NCBI GenBank assembly: GCA_013375475.1
Contig: JABXKD010000015.1
Coordinates: 1 to 53,065 of the forward strand
Reading direction: 5' to 3'
Length of the DNA stretch: 53,065 nt
From: Promethearchaeota archaeon
Lineage (GTDB): Archaea; Asgardarchaeota; Lokiarchaeia; Sigyniarchaeales; SOKP01
Part shown: one piece after another, positions 29,860 through 40,207 of the stretch
Position numbering within the stretch: position 1 is the first letter of the stretch
Layout: each line of letters begins with the position of its first letter
Notes under the pieces: model-generated
The model's input: only the letters and a program-made list of their open reading frames with translations
Told to the model about the DNA's origin: nothing
Database searches by the model: none
Made by a program: the position numbers and the translations under genes

Positions 29860-30960
29860 ATGAGTGAAGTAGTAGAAAAAAATTTTGTAGTGGGAATTTT
29901 AGGGGATAACTTTGATATAAATAATTTAATAGGACAATCCCTAGGTTCTCCAGGAACAAAATCAGATATTCTCTTTTATAATCGGTTGGATCTTAACTTA
30001 AATCAAGTCTTTTGTGGCTTAACTCCTCTTGATTACCCAGAAAAAATCAAGCCCCTTTTACAAACATTAGTTATTTCTAACATTCACATCCTTGTTATAG
30101 ACTTAAATACTGGGTTAAACGCTTCTATTGGAGAAATTCTAGTAGCTATGGACCTATTTTATCGTCTTTACAGAACAAAAACACTAATTGTAATAGCTGG
30201 TATTAATTCCAAAACAGAATGGAAGTTGAGTGAAACAAAAAAGAAAATTGCTGCGATTTTAGAAACCACCAGTTTGAAAAATACTGCAATCTTCGAACTT
30301 AAAGCAAAAGAAGATTACGATAATTTAAAGAGAGAAATTATACACCTAGGAGTTAATCTCTTAGAAAAGGGATCCCCTGATGGAGCATTTACAAAGATAC
30401 TTATTGACCATGTTTTTCCCGTGAAAGGTATAGGTACCGTCATACTAGGTATTGTAAAACAAGGAAAGGTTGAGAGCGGTCAACTATTAGAAATTACAGG
30501 TTATGAATCTGCGGTAAAAAAAGTTATAATTAGAAGCATTCAAAAACATGATAGAAACTTCAAAGTTGCATACGAGGGTGATAGAGTCGGTCTTGCATTA
30601 AAAGGAAATATTTCCCCTCAAGATGTGAGTAGGGACAATATTTTAGTGAGTCCTGGAGTTTTTAAGCAAGTGAAAGAAATAAAAGCTGAAGTTTATATCA
30701 ATCAATTTTATGCACCTAAAGGAGGAGTTATTAAACCAGGTGATGGTATACAATACTACGGTTTAGTAGGATTAAAAATATCTCCGTTCAAATTTATGAA
30801 TGGACAAGACTTACTTCCTGGTAAGAGTGGAGTTGTAAGTATTCATTTTGATAAATCTGTAGTATATGATGGGACGGAACTCAAAGGGATCATAACCGAA
30901 CAAAATCGCTTTACTAACAAATTACGCATAGTTGGACATTTTTCACAAATAAAGGACTAA
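29860..30960 (+). CDS. EF-Tu/SelB domain II-containing protein with degenerate G domain
   Basis: IDHVFPVKGIGTVILG, IRSIQKHD and GDRVGLALKG motifs; no P-loop recognisable. Confidence 0.8.
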   Translation: MSEVVEKNFVVGILGDNFDINNLIGQSLGSPGTKSDILFYNRLDLNLNQVFCGLTPLDYPEKIKPLLQTLVISNIHILVIDLNTGLNASIGEILVAMDLFYRLYRTKTLIVIAGINSKTEWKLSETKKKIAAILETTSLKNTAIFELKAKEDYDNLKREIIHLGVNLLEKGSPDGAFTKILIDHVFPVKGIGTVILGIVKQGKVESGQLLEITGYESAVKKVIIRSIQKHDRNFKVAYEGDRVGLALKGNISPQDVSRDNILVSPGVFKQVKEIKAEVYINQFYAPKGGVIKPGDGIQYYGLVGLKISPFKFMNGQDLLPGKSGVVSIHFDKSVVYDGTELKGIITEQNRFTNKLRIVGHFSQIKD

Positions 30961-31028
30961 AAATTTATATAAGTTCCAAGAGCTATTTATAAGCAATCAA
31001 TGCAAATTGTTTAGCAATTAATTCAATT

Positions 31029-32090
31029 ATGGAAACTGTCCACCAAATATTTTTCAAGAATTCTTCGCGAATGGATGAAGTCGCATCAAATTCAATCGAT
31101 TTAATCGTAACTTCGCCGCCTTATCCTATGATAGAAATGTGGGATTCATTATTCTCAAGCCTAAACGAGAAAATTCAAGGAGCACTTCAAGAAGGAGCCC
31201 ATTTTAAAGCTTTCAACCTTATGCACCAGGAATTGGATAAAGTATGGCTTGAGGTCGTTAGGGTAGTAAAACCAGGTGGAATTGTATGCATTAATATCGG
31301 AGATGCTACTAGAAAGATTAATAATAATTTTCAACTGTTCCCTAACCATGTTAGAATTACAACATTTTTTCAAGACAACGGGTTTGTGGTTTTACCGAGC
31401 ATATTATGGAAAAAGCCAACAAATAGTCCCAATAAATTCTTAGGATCAGGTATGCTCCCAATTAATGCATATGTTAGCCTTGAACACGAGCATATCTTAA
31501 TTTTTAGAAAAGGAAATGAAAAAAGGAAACTACCTCCGGCATTTGAGCGTAGATATCATAGTGCTTATTTTTGGGAGGAAAGAAATAAATGGTTTTCGGA
31601 CATGTGGCTAGATCTTAGAGGCGTATCTCAAAAAATGAATAATAAAACGGGGAATAAAGGGAAATTAAGAGAGAGATCCGCAGCTTTCCCTTTAAAGTTG
31701 CCTTATAGGTTAATTAACATGTTTTCTATTTACGAGGATACTATTTTAGATCCATTTTGGGGGAAAGGTACGACAACATTTGCCGCAATGATCTCTGGGA
31801 GAAATTCTATTGGATATGAAATAAATTCTGAATTCATGGAGAGCTTTAAAATTAGTCTTAGAGATTTAAAAGAAACAGCTCAGTCGATCAATATTAAACG
31901 ACTAAAAGACCATGTTGAGTTCATAAAAAACTATAAGAAAAATGGAAAAGAGCCTAAATATAAAGCTAAAAATTATGAGTTCTCAGTTATTACAAAACAA
32001 GAAACCGAAATTTTGTTATATTCAATTAATGAACATAAGGAAAGCAAAGATCAATTTACTGTCCTATATAGTGAATTTGAGTCAGAGTAA
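31029..32090 (+). CDS. DNA methyltransferase, beta class (SPPY, likely m4C)
   Basis: TSPPY precedes DPFWGKGTT. Confidence 0.9.
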   Translation: METVHQIFFKNSSRMDEVASNSIDLIVTSPPYPMIEMWDSLFSSLNEKIQGALQEGAHFKAFNLMHQELDKVWLEVVRVVKPGGIVCINIGDATRKINNNFQLFPNHVRITTFFQDNGFVVLPSILWKKPTNSPNKFLGSGMLPINAYVSLEHEHILIFRKGNEKRKLPPAFERRYHSAYFWEERNKWFSDMWLDLRGVSQKMNNKTGNKGKLRERSAAFPLKLPYRLINMFSIYEDTILDPFWGKGTTTFAAMISGRNSIGYEINSEFMESFKISLRDLKETAQSINIKRLKDHVEFIKNYKKNGKEPKYKAKNYEFSVITKQETEILLYSINEHKESKDQFTVLYSEFESE

Positions 32091-32207
32091 ACTGTAGATT
32101 ATTTACCTAACACCTAAGCATACTTTTTGTTTAAATCCAAACTCTCGCAGAGTTTTCATCAAATAACTCTCCTACTTGGATTTTTTATTTGAATCATTAA
32201 TCAGGAT

Positions 32208-33074
32208 TTAATCGTTACAATCAACAGATTTTTGGACATTTAATTTCAGAAAAGCTTCTTCTTGTTTATTCCTTTGCTCTGACTTTATCGATCTATTGAC
32301 TTGAGACAAAAATTTAATCGCATTATTTTTACCCTCTTTAATGTTTTCAGTTAATTCTTCTCTACTTAAAGCCCCAGATATAGTTAATGCAGTTTGAAAC
32401 GATTGATCGGGCTCTAAAGTTTTAAACTCAATTTGCAAAGCAGAAAGAATTTCTCCAGCCTTATCGTGTAAAGTGTTTGAAAGATTTAACTTTTCATAAT
32501 CAATTTTGAAATCTTTTGTTAGGCATGTTTCATAATGAGTTGTTCTTGATATTGGGGAAAATCCCGCGTATAAACTTGTTTCATCGTATTGGTAAAGTAT
32601 ATCGTTTTCATCATCGTATCCTGATAAATCATTATCAAATCCCTCTAATCCGTTGATGTCAAAGTCAAAAACGAAGTACATTGAGAAATCATTTAAATCA
32701 TAGTCGGATATATTTTTCAATGTGAAGTAAGTATTGATGTACGGAACCTTTGGAGGATTAAAAACATCAATATATAATCGAATCAGTGAACTCTTATTTT
32801 TAAAATCAATTGGTTGGAGTTTCTTATTTTCTATTAGAATCTTTAGGTATTCGTTAATGTCAAAATCAAGCGTAATTCGGTTAATAGTTGTTCCTGTTCT
32901 ACTATTTACCATTTTATATATTGGAGTTGGTTCGATATTCTTCAATAATACTGGAATCGTTTCTAAATTCTTCCCTTTAAGTTTAAAACTGAACCAGGGT
33001 CCAGCAAATTCTTGTTCTGTGAGAAATAATAGATACTTGTTCATGTAAGTAACTTCTTTTATTGAAAAGCCCAT
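32208..33074 (-). CDS. Hypothetical protein
   Basis: 288-aa ORF; no family recognised. Confidence 0.7.
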   Translation of the reverse strand: MGFSIKEVTYMNKYLLFLTEQEFAGPWFSFKLKGKNLETIPVLLKNIEPTPIYKMVNSRTGTTINRITLDFDINEYLKILIENKKLQPIDFKNKSSLIRLYIDVFNPPKVPYINTYFTLKNISDYDLNDFSMYFVFDFDINGLEGFDNDLSGYDDENDILYQYDETSLYAGFSPISRTTHYETCLTKDFKIDYEKLNLSNTLHDKAGEILSALQIEFKTLEPDQSFQTALTISGALSREELTENIKEGKNNAIKFLSQVNRSIKSEQRNKQEEAFLKLNVQKSVDCND

Positions 33075-33245
33075 TAGATACCCAGATTGATTTCAGGTCG
33101 CCAAAACATCGTTGAATAAAACCTTTAATACTATTTTTTAATGACCTCCTTTGATTTTTATTAAAAATTCTTATTGCCTATATTTGACATAAGTTTTTCA
33201 AATTAAAGAATAAGCAAAGGATTTAAAAAGTTTTCATTAAGTGAG

Positions 33246-34235
33246 TTATGCTTTTTCTATGAATCTATAGGCAATGTAAAGGAAAGCTTCGTTGACATTT
33301 TCTCCAGTTAGAGCTGAGGTTAAAATGTAATGAAAACCGAGTTCTTTAGCAACTACTTTTATTTCTTCTTCACTAATCACTACCTCTTCTTGTAAATCCG
33401 ATTTATTTCCAACAATTACAACTGGTATATTGCGAGTTACGGATTCTTTTATGTCCTTATACCATGATTTAACACTTTCTAGATTATTTGGGCGAGTTCT
33501 ATCTATTACAATAAAAGCAGCACTTGCTCCTTCGTAAAATCTGTGCCTATAAGGTGCCATTGAGCTAATTTGACCGCCTATGTCCCACAATACAAAATTA
33601 ACTTCTGTGTCTTCGTCCATTACTACGGTTTTCTTAGAAATTTCTACCCCAATTGTAGAGATATAGCTCTCTGAAAATAGATTTTCAATAAATCTTCTAA
33701 TAAGAGAGGTTTTTCCAACTTTAAAATCCCCTGTTAAAATCAATTTCGAAGTGAAACGCCCCTTGGGTAGCTTACCTTCTCTCCTTTTCGATAACACGCG
33801 AATTATTTCTGGGATTTCTGTTGAAACTTTATCATATCCCTCTAAGACAAGCTCAATCTTTCCGGCGACATATTCTGAATAAATTCTCAACTCTACTTCT
33901 GAAGTAGCAGGATCCGCAATAGTAGTTAATATTGAACGCGGACCCATCGAACAATAAGCAAATTTTTTATCCTGCATCGATGTAATGTTAAAAAAATTAC
34001 TTTGCGTCTGAAACTCGCTCTTTATTCGGTCAATATATATATCTAGAAATGCTGAGATTGCGCCCATTATGGAATCAGAATCAGTTCCTCCTTTTTCTTT
34101 GCTATTTGAAGCGATAATAAAACCATCTCTATCACAAATTGCCACTGCTACAGCACCGTCAATATCAAACATGTAATTTGTTAATAACGATTGAAGTAAA
34201 TCAAGGTTAGGTAGATTTTCCATAGGAACCATCAT
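33246..34235 (-). CDS. Roadblock/LC7-like domain fused to a Rab-like small GTPase
   Basis: N-terminal AVAICDRDGFIIAS; G1 GDFKVGKT, G2 STIG, G3 WDIGGQ, G4 NKSD, G5 TSA. Confidence 0.9.
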   Translation of the reverse strand: MMVPMENLPNLDLLQSLLTNYMFDIDGAVAVAICDRDGFIIASNSKEKGGTDSDSIMGAISAFLDIYIDRIKSEFQTQSNFFNITSMQDKKFAYCSMGPRSILTTIADPATSEVELRIYSEYVAGKIELVLEGYDKVSTEIPEIIRVLSKRREGKLPKGRFTSKLILTGDFKVGKTSLIRRFIENLFSESYISTIGVEISKKTVVMDEDTEVNFVLWDIGGQISSMAPYRHRFYEGASAAFIVIDRTRPNNLESVKSWYKDIKESVTRNIPVVIVGNKSDLQEEVVISEEEIKVVAKELGFHYILTSALTGENVNEAFLYIAYRFIEKA

Positions 34236-34376
34236 TATTGCTTGTTATATTAAAAATATTATAGATTTAAAAAATATAAATATAGCTATAAAATTGACAC
34301 AAAACACCTTTATTACGCTCTGATTATCCTCATAACATAGATATATTTATTTCAGAACTTCCATAGATTTTTTAGA

Positions 34377-34526
34377 ATGGAAGAGCGCTTGGTAAAACAC
34401 GAGGAAAATATAGCGAAAATTCTAGGTCGAGTAATTTCCTTGTGCAAACGAACAGAACTAACAGATCTTGCAAAAAAGGGAGAGCAAGTTCTAAAAACCT
34501 ATGAAAACGCAAAAAAAATACGATGA
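34377..34526 (+). CDS. 49-aa small protein, paralog of the next ORF
   Basis: Hand translation MEERLVKHEENIAKILGRVISLCKRTELTDLAKKGEQVLKTYENAKKIR; aligns without gaps to the next ORF. Confidence 0.7.
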   Translation: MEERLVKHEENIAKILGRVISLCKRTELTDLAKKGEQVLKTYENAKKIR

Positions 34527-34601
34527 TTTTTGACTGAGAAATTAACTTTTAATATCACCATAATATTCCCTTTTTTATTCAATATAATTTTACTTTCATC
34601 T

Positions 34602-34766
34602 ATGATGGATAATACACCTCTGAGAAAAGATATCATCGGAGATAATCAAATTGAAGAAATTTTATTCAGGGCTGTAAACCTTTTTAAAAAAACGGGACTA
34701 ACAGAACTGGCCGAAAAGTGGGACAAAATTTTGAAAAGTTATGTCGGGAAAAAAAGCTTGACATAA
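34602..34766 (+). CDS. 54-aa small protein, paralog of the previous ORF
   Basis: MMDNTPLRKDIIGDNQIEEILFRAVNLFKKTGLTELAEKWDKILKSYVGKKSLT; start moved from the ORF-track TTG to the ATG. Confidence 0.7.
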   Translation: MMDNTPLRKDIIGDNQIEEILFRAVNLFKKTGLTELAEKWDKILKSYVGKKSLT

Positions 34767-34777
34767 ATAATCCACAT

Positions 34778-36706
34778 CTAATTACTTTTCTTCCCTATTT
34801 TTATGAAATTTGAAATATGCAACCTTTGGTCTTCTGAAATATTATATAGATCAAAAATGAGAGCGTCTAAACTTTTTTGTGATTGGAGATATGAACCAAT
34901 ATCTTTTACAATAAAAACTGAGATATCCTTAACGATTTCTATAATTTTCTTCGCAATTTTCTTCTCCTCTTTATTTTTTGGAACTTTAATCGGTAATTTC
35001 TTTAATTTTTCAATTAAAATTCTTGGAAATAATGTTTTATAAGAGCTAAATGATTTTATTAAGTAATACGAGAGTAATTGAGAATTTAAAAGCCCTAAAA
35101 GATAATAATGATTGAATTCTAAAATAGGAGATTGAATAATTTGTATGTTATAAATCGATTGTGGGGTGAACGCATTTTCATCATAAGCAGCACATATCAT
35201 GTTCTCTTGACTTAACTGCCTAATAACTATTTTGCTTTTGTAAAGGTCGTAGCTTTTATAATTAATCCCCTCTACCCCAAGTTTGATATATTTATATTTT
35301 CTGATTATATATCTATTTAGTGAATACACAAAAGGTACATATTCGTTTTCTAAATCCTCAGATATACTATCTATTATAATATTTTCAATTTTATTTGCAT
35401 TTAAGAATGAACCGCATTTAGAACATATCAAATTACCTTTTGGTAACGGTAAACTCCTATGACAAACTTCGCAGTAAATTATTTCACCCTCTTTTCCTAA
35501 TTCCACACCTCTACTAATTAAAATCTTATATTGTGAATCATACATTAAATCTAATAAATTAGGAAAATTTGATTTTAGATGTTCAAGGATATTTATATCT
35601 CTCTGAGTTAGATTTATAAGAAAGTTATAATCCCATTTTCCGATACTATTTTGAATTAATTGTGATTCTAATTGATCTCTTTTTAATGTCTTTTTAATTA
35701 ATATTGTATTATTTAATCTTTCCTCTTGTTTGGATTCTTTCTGTAAAATTATAATTACATTAGAAACAACTGGTTCCTTAAACCCTAAACCTAAATAGCA
35801 TATCTCTTTTATTTTAGTTGAGTGATAAATATAACCTCGTATTACTTTTCTATTTGAAAGAGCTAAAAGAGAATCAGGTACAATATATCCTAATAATCCC
35901 CGTTCTTTTAAAATTTTTATTCCAATTTCAATAAACAATTGGTAATAATCATATTGACCTTTATTTGTTTCCAGCGGTATTTTTTCAATTAATTTTCTAT
36001 TTTCCAACGGAATGTCTCGAATGAATAAATAAGGGGGATTTCCTACAACATAATCGTATTTATCATTGGTAAAGAATTGAAGGGTATCTTTGTTAAGAAT
36101 ATTAAATTCTGGTATAAGGTAATCCTTATTTTTTTCTACAATAATTTTAAAAAGGTCGAAAAGTGCAAAGTAGAGATTGATTTGACATAAAATACAAACA
36201 ATTGGATTAATATCAATTCCAATTATGTTATCTTTAACTTTTGTTATAATTTTTTCGGCTTGATTAAATTTTAACTCTGATTTTTCTTCCAATTTAAGTT
36301 GCTCTCTTAATTTTTCTAAGAGAATCTTTACTGCTCTTATTAAAAAACTCCCAGAACCACAACTCAAATCTATTATTTTTTTATTTTCAATATCATGGCG
36401 GTTTGTGTATCTAACACTCTTTAGTATGTAATCAACTATTTGAATGGGTGTGAAAAATTCACCCATTGTTTTTCTTTGGGAATGAGGAATAATACCTTCG
36501 TAAAATTTAGCTATAATATCCAGATTAAAACTGTATTCTTCCTTCTGTTCTGTAATGCAAGTTCTAGTAGAATCAATTTCAGATAAATTTTCAACGAATT
36601 TAAGAATGAAATCGTTTACTTCAGTATCTTGTGAATTGATTCCATACCGTTTCATTAATTTTGATACCAGTCTTCTTTCAATTAGGAAATCTGTAAAATC
36701 GCTCAT
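34778..36706 (-). CDS. Gamma-class N6-adenine DNA methyltransferase (Eco57I/TaqI-like) with Zn-ribbon insert
   Basis: GEFFTP, DLSCGSGSFL and GNPPY motifs; TaqI_C-like LLGLLNS..LPI; CEVC..CSKC. Confidence 0.88.
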   Translation of the reverse strand: MSDFTDFLIERRLVSKLMKRYGINSQDTEVNDFILKFVENLSEIDSTRTCITEQKEEYSFNLDIIAKFYEGIIPHSQRKTMGEFFTPIQIVDYILKSVRYTNRHDIENKKIIDLSCGSGSFLIRAVKILLEKLREQLKLEEKSELKFNQAEKIITKVKDNIIGIDINPIVCILCQINLYFALFDLFKIIVEKNKDYLIPEFNILNKDTLQFFTNDKYDYVVGNPPYLFIRDIPLENRKLIEKIPLETNKGQYDYYQLFIEIGIKILKERGLLGYIVPDSLLALSNRKVIRGYIYHSTKIKEICYLGLGFKEPVVSNVIIILQKESKQEERLNNTILIKKTLKRDQLESQLIQNSIGKWDYNFLINLTQRDINILEHLKSNFPNLLDLMYDSQYKILISRGVELGKEGEIIYCEVCHRSLPLPKGNLICSKCGSFLNANKIENIIIDSISEDLENEYVPFVYSLNRYIIRKYKYIKLGVEGINYKSYDLYKSKIVIRQLSQENMICAAYDENAFTPQSIYNIQIIQSPILEFNHYYLLGLLNSQLLSYYLIKSFSSYKTLFPRILIEKLKKLPIKVPKNKEEKKIAKKIIEIVKDISVFIVKDIGSYLQSQKSLDALIFDLYNISEDQRLHISNFIKIGKKSN

Positions 36707-36803
36707 AAAGTTCGGTTAAGGATATTATAAGTCAAATTAAATTTTATATTATTATACTACTATCTAACCCGAATAAACCTTTATATTTAATTAAGAGTTC
36801 TTA

Positions 36804-37316
36804 ATGATTATGGAAATTAGTAAAAGAGAGCTAATTAGCTTTAAGGAAAGAAAATTTCCAGAAGAAATTTGTTTTCGCTCAATTGGGATGATAAATTCTC
36901 CATTTACAGATTTAACGGGAATACCTATCCAACCAAGTATGTCAAACGCGAAAGGATCGATAGAGATATTTAAGCAATATCAGGACGCCTTAAAGGACCT
37001 AGATGGGTTTTCATACATATTTTGCGTATATTTTTTTGACATGGTAAAGTTGCCAGTTCCACTTCAATCTAAACCATTTCTGAAAGACGAAAAGATGGGA
37101 GTGTTTGCTATACGCACACCATTTAGGCCTAATCCCATCGGATTATCCTTATTAGAGCTTATAAAAATTAAAGAAAATACTATCTTTGTTAAAAATTTAG
37201 ATATTTTAGATAGAACGCCTGTAATTGATATTAAACCCTATGTTCCACAGTTTGATAATCGAGAAACGAGCAAAATTGGATGGTTAGAGGGCAATATAAG
37301 GAGTAAATTAAGTTAA
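36804..37316 (+). CDS. trmO: tRNA m6t6A37 methyltransferase
   Basis: GVFAIRTPFRPNPIGLS and TPVIDIKPY motifs. Confidence 0.9.
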   Translation: MIMEISKRELISFKERKFPEEICFRSIGMINSPFTDLTGIPIQPSMSNAKGSIEIFKQYQDALKDLDGFSYIFCVYFFDMVKLPVPLQSKPFLKDEKMGVFAIRTPFRPNPIGLSLLELIKIKENTIFVKNLDILDRTPVIDIKPYVPQFDNRETSKIGWLEGNIRSKLS

Positions 37317-37442
37317 CAGATCAATTTTGCTAACAGAATATCATGTAAAAATTCTTATAAGGTGCTAGACCAATATATATTTATATAAACTTTGATAATT
37401 CTACTTTTACAAAGAGTAAACGAAATTCATTCCTAATAAAAA

Positions 37443-38546
37443 TTGATGTTTGCAAGCTTATTTACTAGTATTTTTGTGGCTATATTTCTAATTGGAACTA
37501 TATATGTAATATTAAATAGAGAGAAATATGACGTAGAAACTACATTTTTTATTACATTAGTTACATACTTCTTAAGTGAAATCTTCTACTTCATTTCGTT
37601 TAATCTATCAGCAGAAAACTTCTTTGATATCCCCATCGCATTAGTATTTTGGTATATTTCTATTATTACAAGAAGTATATCCATAGGATTGTTTGCTTCA
37701 ATGCATAACCTCGAGTTAAACAAAGGTAGTAAAGTAAGATCTTTACCGGCATTAGTTTATATTTTTGTAGGGGGAAGTGTTTTGAGTTTTCTGTTCGTTC
37801 CCAATTCGTTTACTATAATACAAATAGGAATTGAATACTATTACTTATTTAATAATATTGGACTATTAATCTCAATTAGCCTGTTCAATTTTTGTATTGT
37901 GTTTATATCCTGGATGATTCAAATAACGGGATATAAGAATTTTGCTGATAAAAAATTGGGCAATTTATATTATATCTTTATGCTTCTCTTTAGCTTACAA
38001 ATTTTACTTCAAAATCTCTATATTATTACACCAAATATTTATTTTAAAATTTTTCATTCGTCTTTGTATCTTATTAGTATTGGATATTTTGTCGGTATTG
38101 TCCTTAGAAAACCGAATCTATTAGCAGTTTTTACTAATAAAATTTATGATTTCATTGTTTTCCATAAGTCAGGAATCTTGCTTTACTCCTATAACTTTCA
38201 AACAAGAGAGGAGGTTAACGAAAGTCTCTTGAAAGGAAGTATTCTGATTGGGATAAGTCACATCTTAGCTAATTTATCCAATGTTGAGGCTCAGGTTACG
38301 CACATAAAAATGAGAGAGCGTGCTGTCGTCTTTAACTTCAACACGCAATTAGGATACGCTACACTACTAATAGCAAAACATCGGAATAATATCCTCGAAA
38401 AATCTATTGATAGTTTTATGAATGAATTTTCGAGTATTAATGAGGAAAACCTACAAAATCTAACCGGCTTAATAGATGTTTCTACCTTTATAAATGCAAA
38501 AGGATTAATTAATAAATATTTTCTTCACTTCATTACTGGGATATAA
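37443..38546 (+). CDS. Multi-pass membrane protein with C-terminal longin-like domain
   Basis: About 7 hydrophobic segments, then FIVFHKSGILLYSY...ILIGISHIL...FMNEF. Confidence 0.7.
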   Translation: MMFASLFTSIFVAIFLIGTIYVILNREKYDVETTFFITLVTYFLSEIFYFISFNLSAENFFDIPIALVFWYISIITRSISIGLFASMHNLELNKGSKVRSLPALVYIFVGGSVLSFLFVPNSFTIIQIGIEYYYLFNNIGLLISISLFNFCIVFISWMIQITGYKNFADKKLGNLYYIFMLLFSLQILLQNLYIITPNIYFKIFHSSLYLISIGYFVGIVLRKPNLLAVFTNKIYDFIVFHKSGILLYSYNFQTREEVNESLLKGSILIGISHILANLSNVEAQVTHIKMRERAVVFNFNTQLGYATLLIAKHRNNILEKSIDSFMNEFSSINEENLQNLTGLIDVSTFINAKGLINKYFLHFITGI

Positions 38547-38635
38547 ATAAAAATAAAAGTATCTTTTATTCTAAAAAGTATGTAACATTTATTGACTTTC
38601 AAGAAATTGGATTATTTTAGCAAATTTATATTAAT

Positions 38636-39799
38636 ATGAATTATATAGTTCCCATATCGTTAATTATCGGTTATTTTTTCATACTCTCTTTAGGTTTACT
38701 AGTAACAGTTCACATTATAAAAAATCGAAAGAATTATGGAACACCATATATGGCCTTTTTATTTGCAGCCATAGCTTTTATTTTGGGAGTCATACATACT
38801 TCACTTTACATACTTTCTGTAGTTTTTTTCTTCTCAGAGCAGATAAATATCTTATTCTGGAAATTCTCAATTTTTTCTTGGTTCGTCTTATTAATAATAA
38901 CTTCGCTTCTTTTCTCGTCCTTTAGGAAGTATAAGAAATTACCATCATTTCCTTTCCTATTCTACACCCTCTTTCTAGGTTTATTATTCGGTGCTTTACT
39001 AACTCCTGATTCCATAATTTTAAATCTTAGCATACCTCTTCCCTCATTCATTCTTTTCATAGATCCTTCTCTTATAAAATATTTATTTAATTTCGTCACT
39101 GGAGTAATAATCATCTTGTTCCAAATACTGATTATATCTCATTATCTTTATATAGCAATATTGATAAATGTCCGTTCAAAAAAAAAAGAAGAAACCTTAC
39201 CGGTTTTGTTAACTGCTCTTATTTTTTCATTACTGATTCTGCTGAATATTTTTTATATCATATTCCATCAAACTCCCTTTAGTAATTTTTTTATTAGAGA
39301 TTTATTCATTATTATTCTTTGGATAGCAGATTTCGGTTTTAGTATAATGATCATCAAAAAACCAGAAATATTTTATGTTTTACCAAATAGAATATATTCC
39401 ATTAATATTTTTCATAAATCTGGTATTTTACTATATACTTATGATTTTGAAGAACAAACTGATTCTAAAACCGAGTCCATGATCTGGGGTAATATTCTTA
39501 TAGGTTTAAATCACATTCTTAGTGAGTTTTTAGATAAAAAGGATAAAATTAATGTCATCCAAACTAAAGAAGCGGATGTAGTTGTTAGATATGAAGAAGA
39601 TAGCGGTTACGCCTTAATTGTTATTACCAATAGAAAAAATAGTATTGTAGAAGATCTCATGAAAAATTTTTCAAACGAGTTTAAACTAAAGTATAAGGAT
39701 GAACTAAGCGAGATTCTCGACCTTAATAAGATTATCAACGTCTCAGAATTCAGCGATTTGAAGGATTTAATAGAAAAAAATTTTCAATTATATCTTTAA
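38636..39799 (+). CDS. Multi-pass membrane protein with C-terminal longin-like domain (tandem paralog)
   Basis: About 7 hydrophobic segments, then INIFHKSGILLYTY...ILIGLNHIL...FSNEF. Confidence 0.7.
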   Translation: MNYIVPISLIIGYFFILSLGLLVTVHIIKNRKNYGTPYMAFLFAAIAFILGVIHTSLYILSVVFFFSEQINILFWKFSIFSWFVLLIITSLLFSSFRKYKKLPSFPFLFYTLFLGLLFGALLTPDSIILNLSIPLPSFILFIDPSLIKYLFNFVTGVIIILFQILIISHYLYIAILINVRSKKKEETLPVLLTALIFSLLILLNIFYIIFHQTPFSNFFIRDLFIIILWIADFGFSIMIIKKPEIFYVLPNRIYSINIFHKSGILLYTYDFEEQTDSKTESMIWGNILIGLNHILSEFLDKKDKINVIQTKEADVVVRYEEDSGYALIVITNRKNSIVEDLMKNFSNEFKLKYKDELSEILDLNKIINVSEFSDLKDLIEKNFQLYL

Positions 39800-39850
39800 T
39801 ACTTCATCTTGCTCAAAATTACTAAACCTTAGATATCTAAACATTTTTTA

Positions 39851-40090
39851 ATGAGTGTTTCCATAAAATTTCATAAGATGGAACAAATCGAACTTCATGA
39901 TAAGGAATGGGAGAAAGACTGGAAGAATATTGTAGACATTTTCGATACTATTGATAATCTCGAGCAACTATTTAATAATTTGGATGTCCCATATTTAAGA
40001 GAAATTCAGCAAAAAGTATTACTTTTAAATCTCGAGAAATACGCTTGGTCCCTCCAAAATTACATCATAGAAAAATATTCCCGAGCGTAG
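39851..40090 (+). CDS. Small hypothetical helical protein (start may be ATG 39878)
   Basis: ORF fills the intergenic space and has an amphipathic composition. Confidence 0.6.
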   Translation: MSVSIKFHKMEQIELHDKEWEKDWKNIVDIFDTIDNLEQLFNNLDVPYLREIQQKVLLLNLEKYAWSLQNYIIEKYSRA

Positions 40091-40207
40091 TGTTTAGTCA
40101 AGCAATATTAATGTAATTCATTTTCGACTTTTTCTAGAGGGTAATATAATCAATTTAAAATAGTACTGTAAATTTATTTTTCTATTAATTTATAGATTAG
40201 TTTTAAG

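Noticed and set aside
29860-30960. True SelB
   Set aside because: No GTPase motifs.
33072-33110. 11-codon upstream ORF (MFWRPEINLGI) overlapping the next ATG
   Set aside because: Too short to distinguish from chance, and the downstream gene's true start is uncertain.
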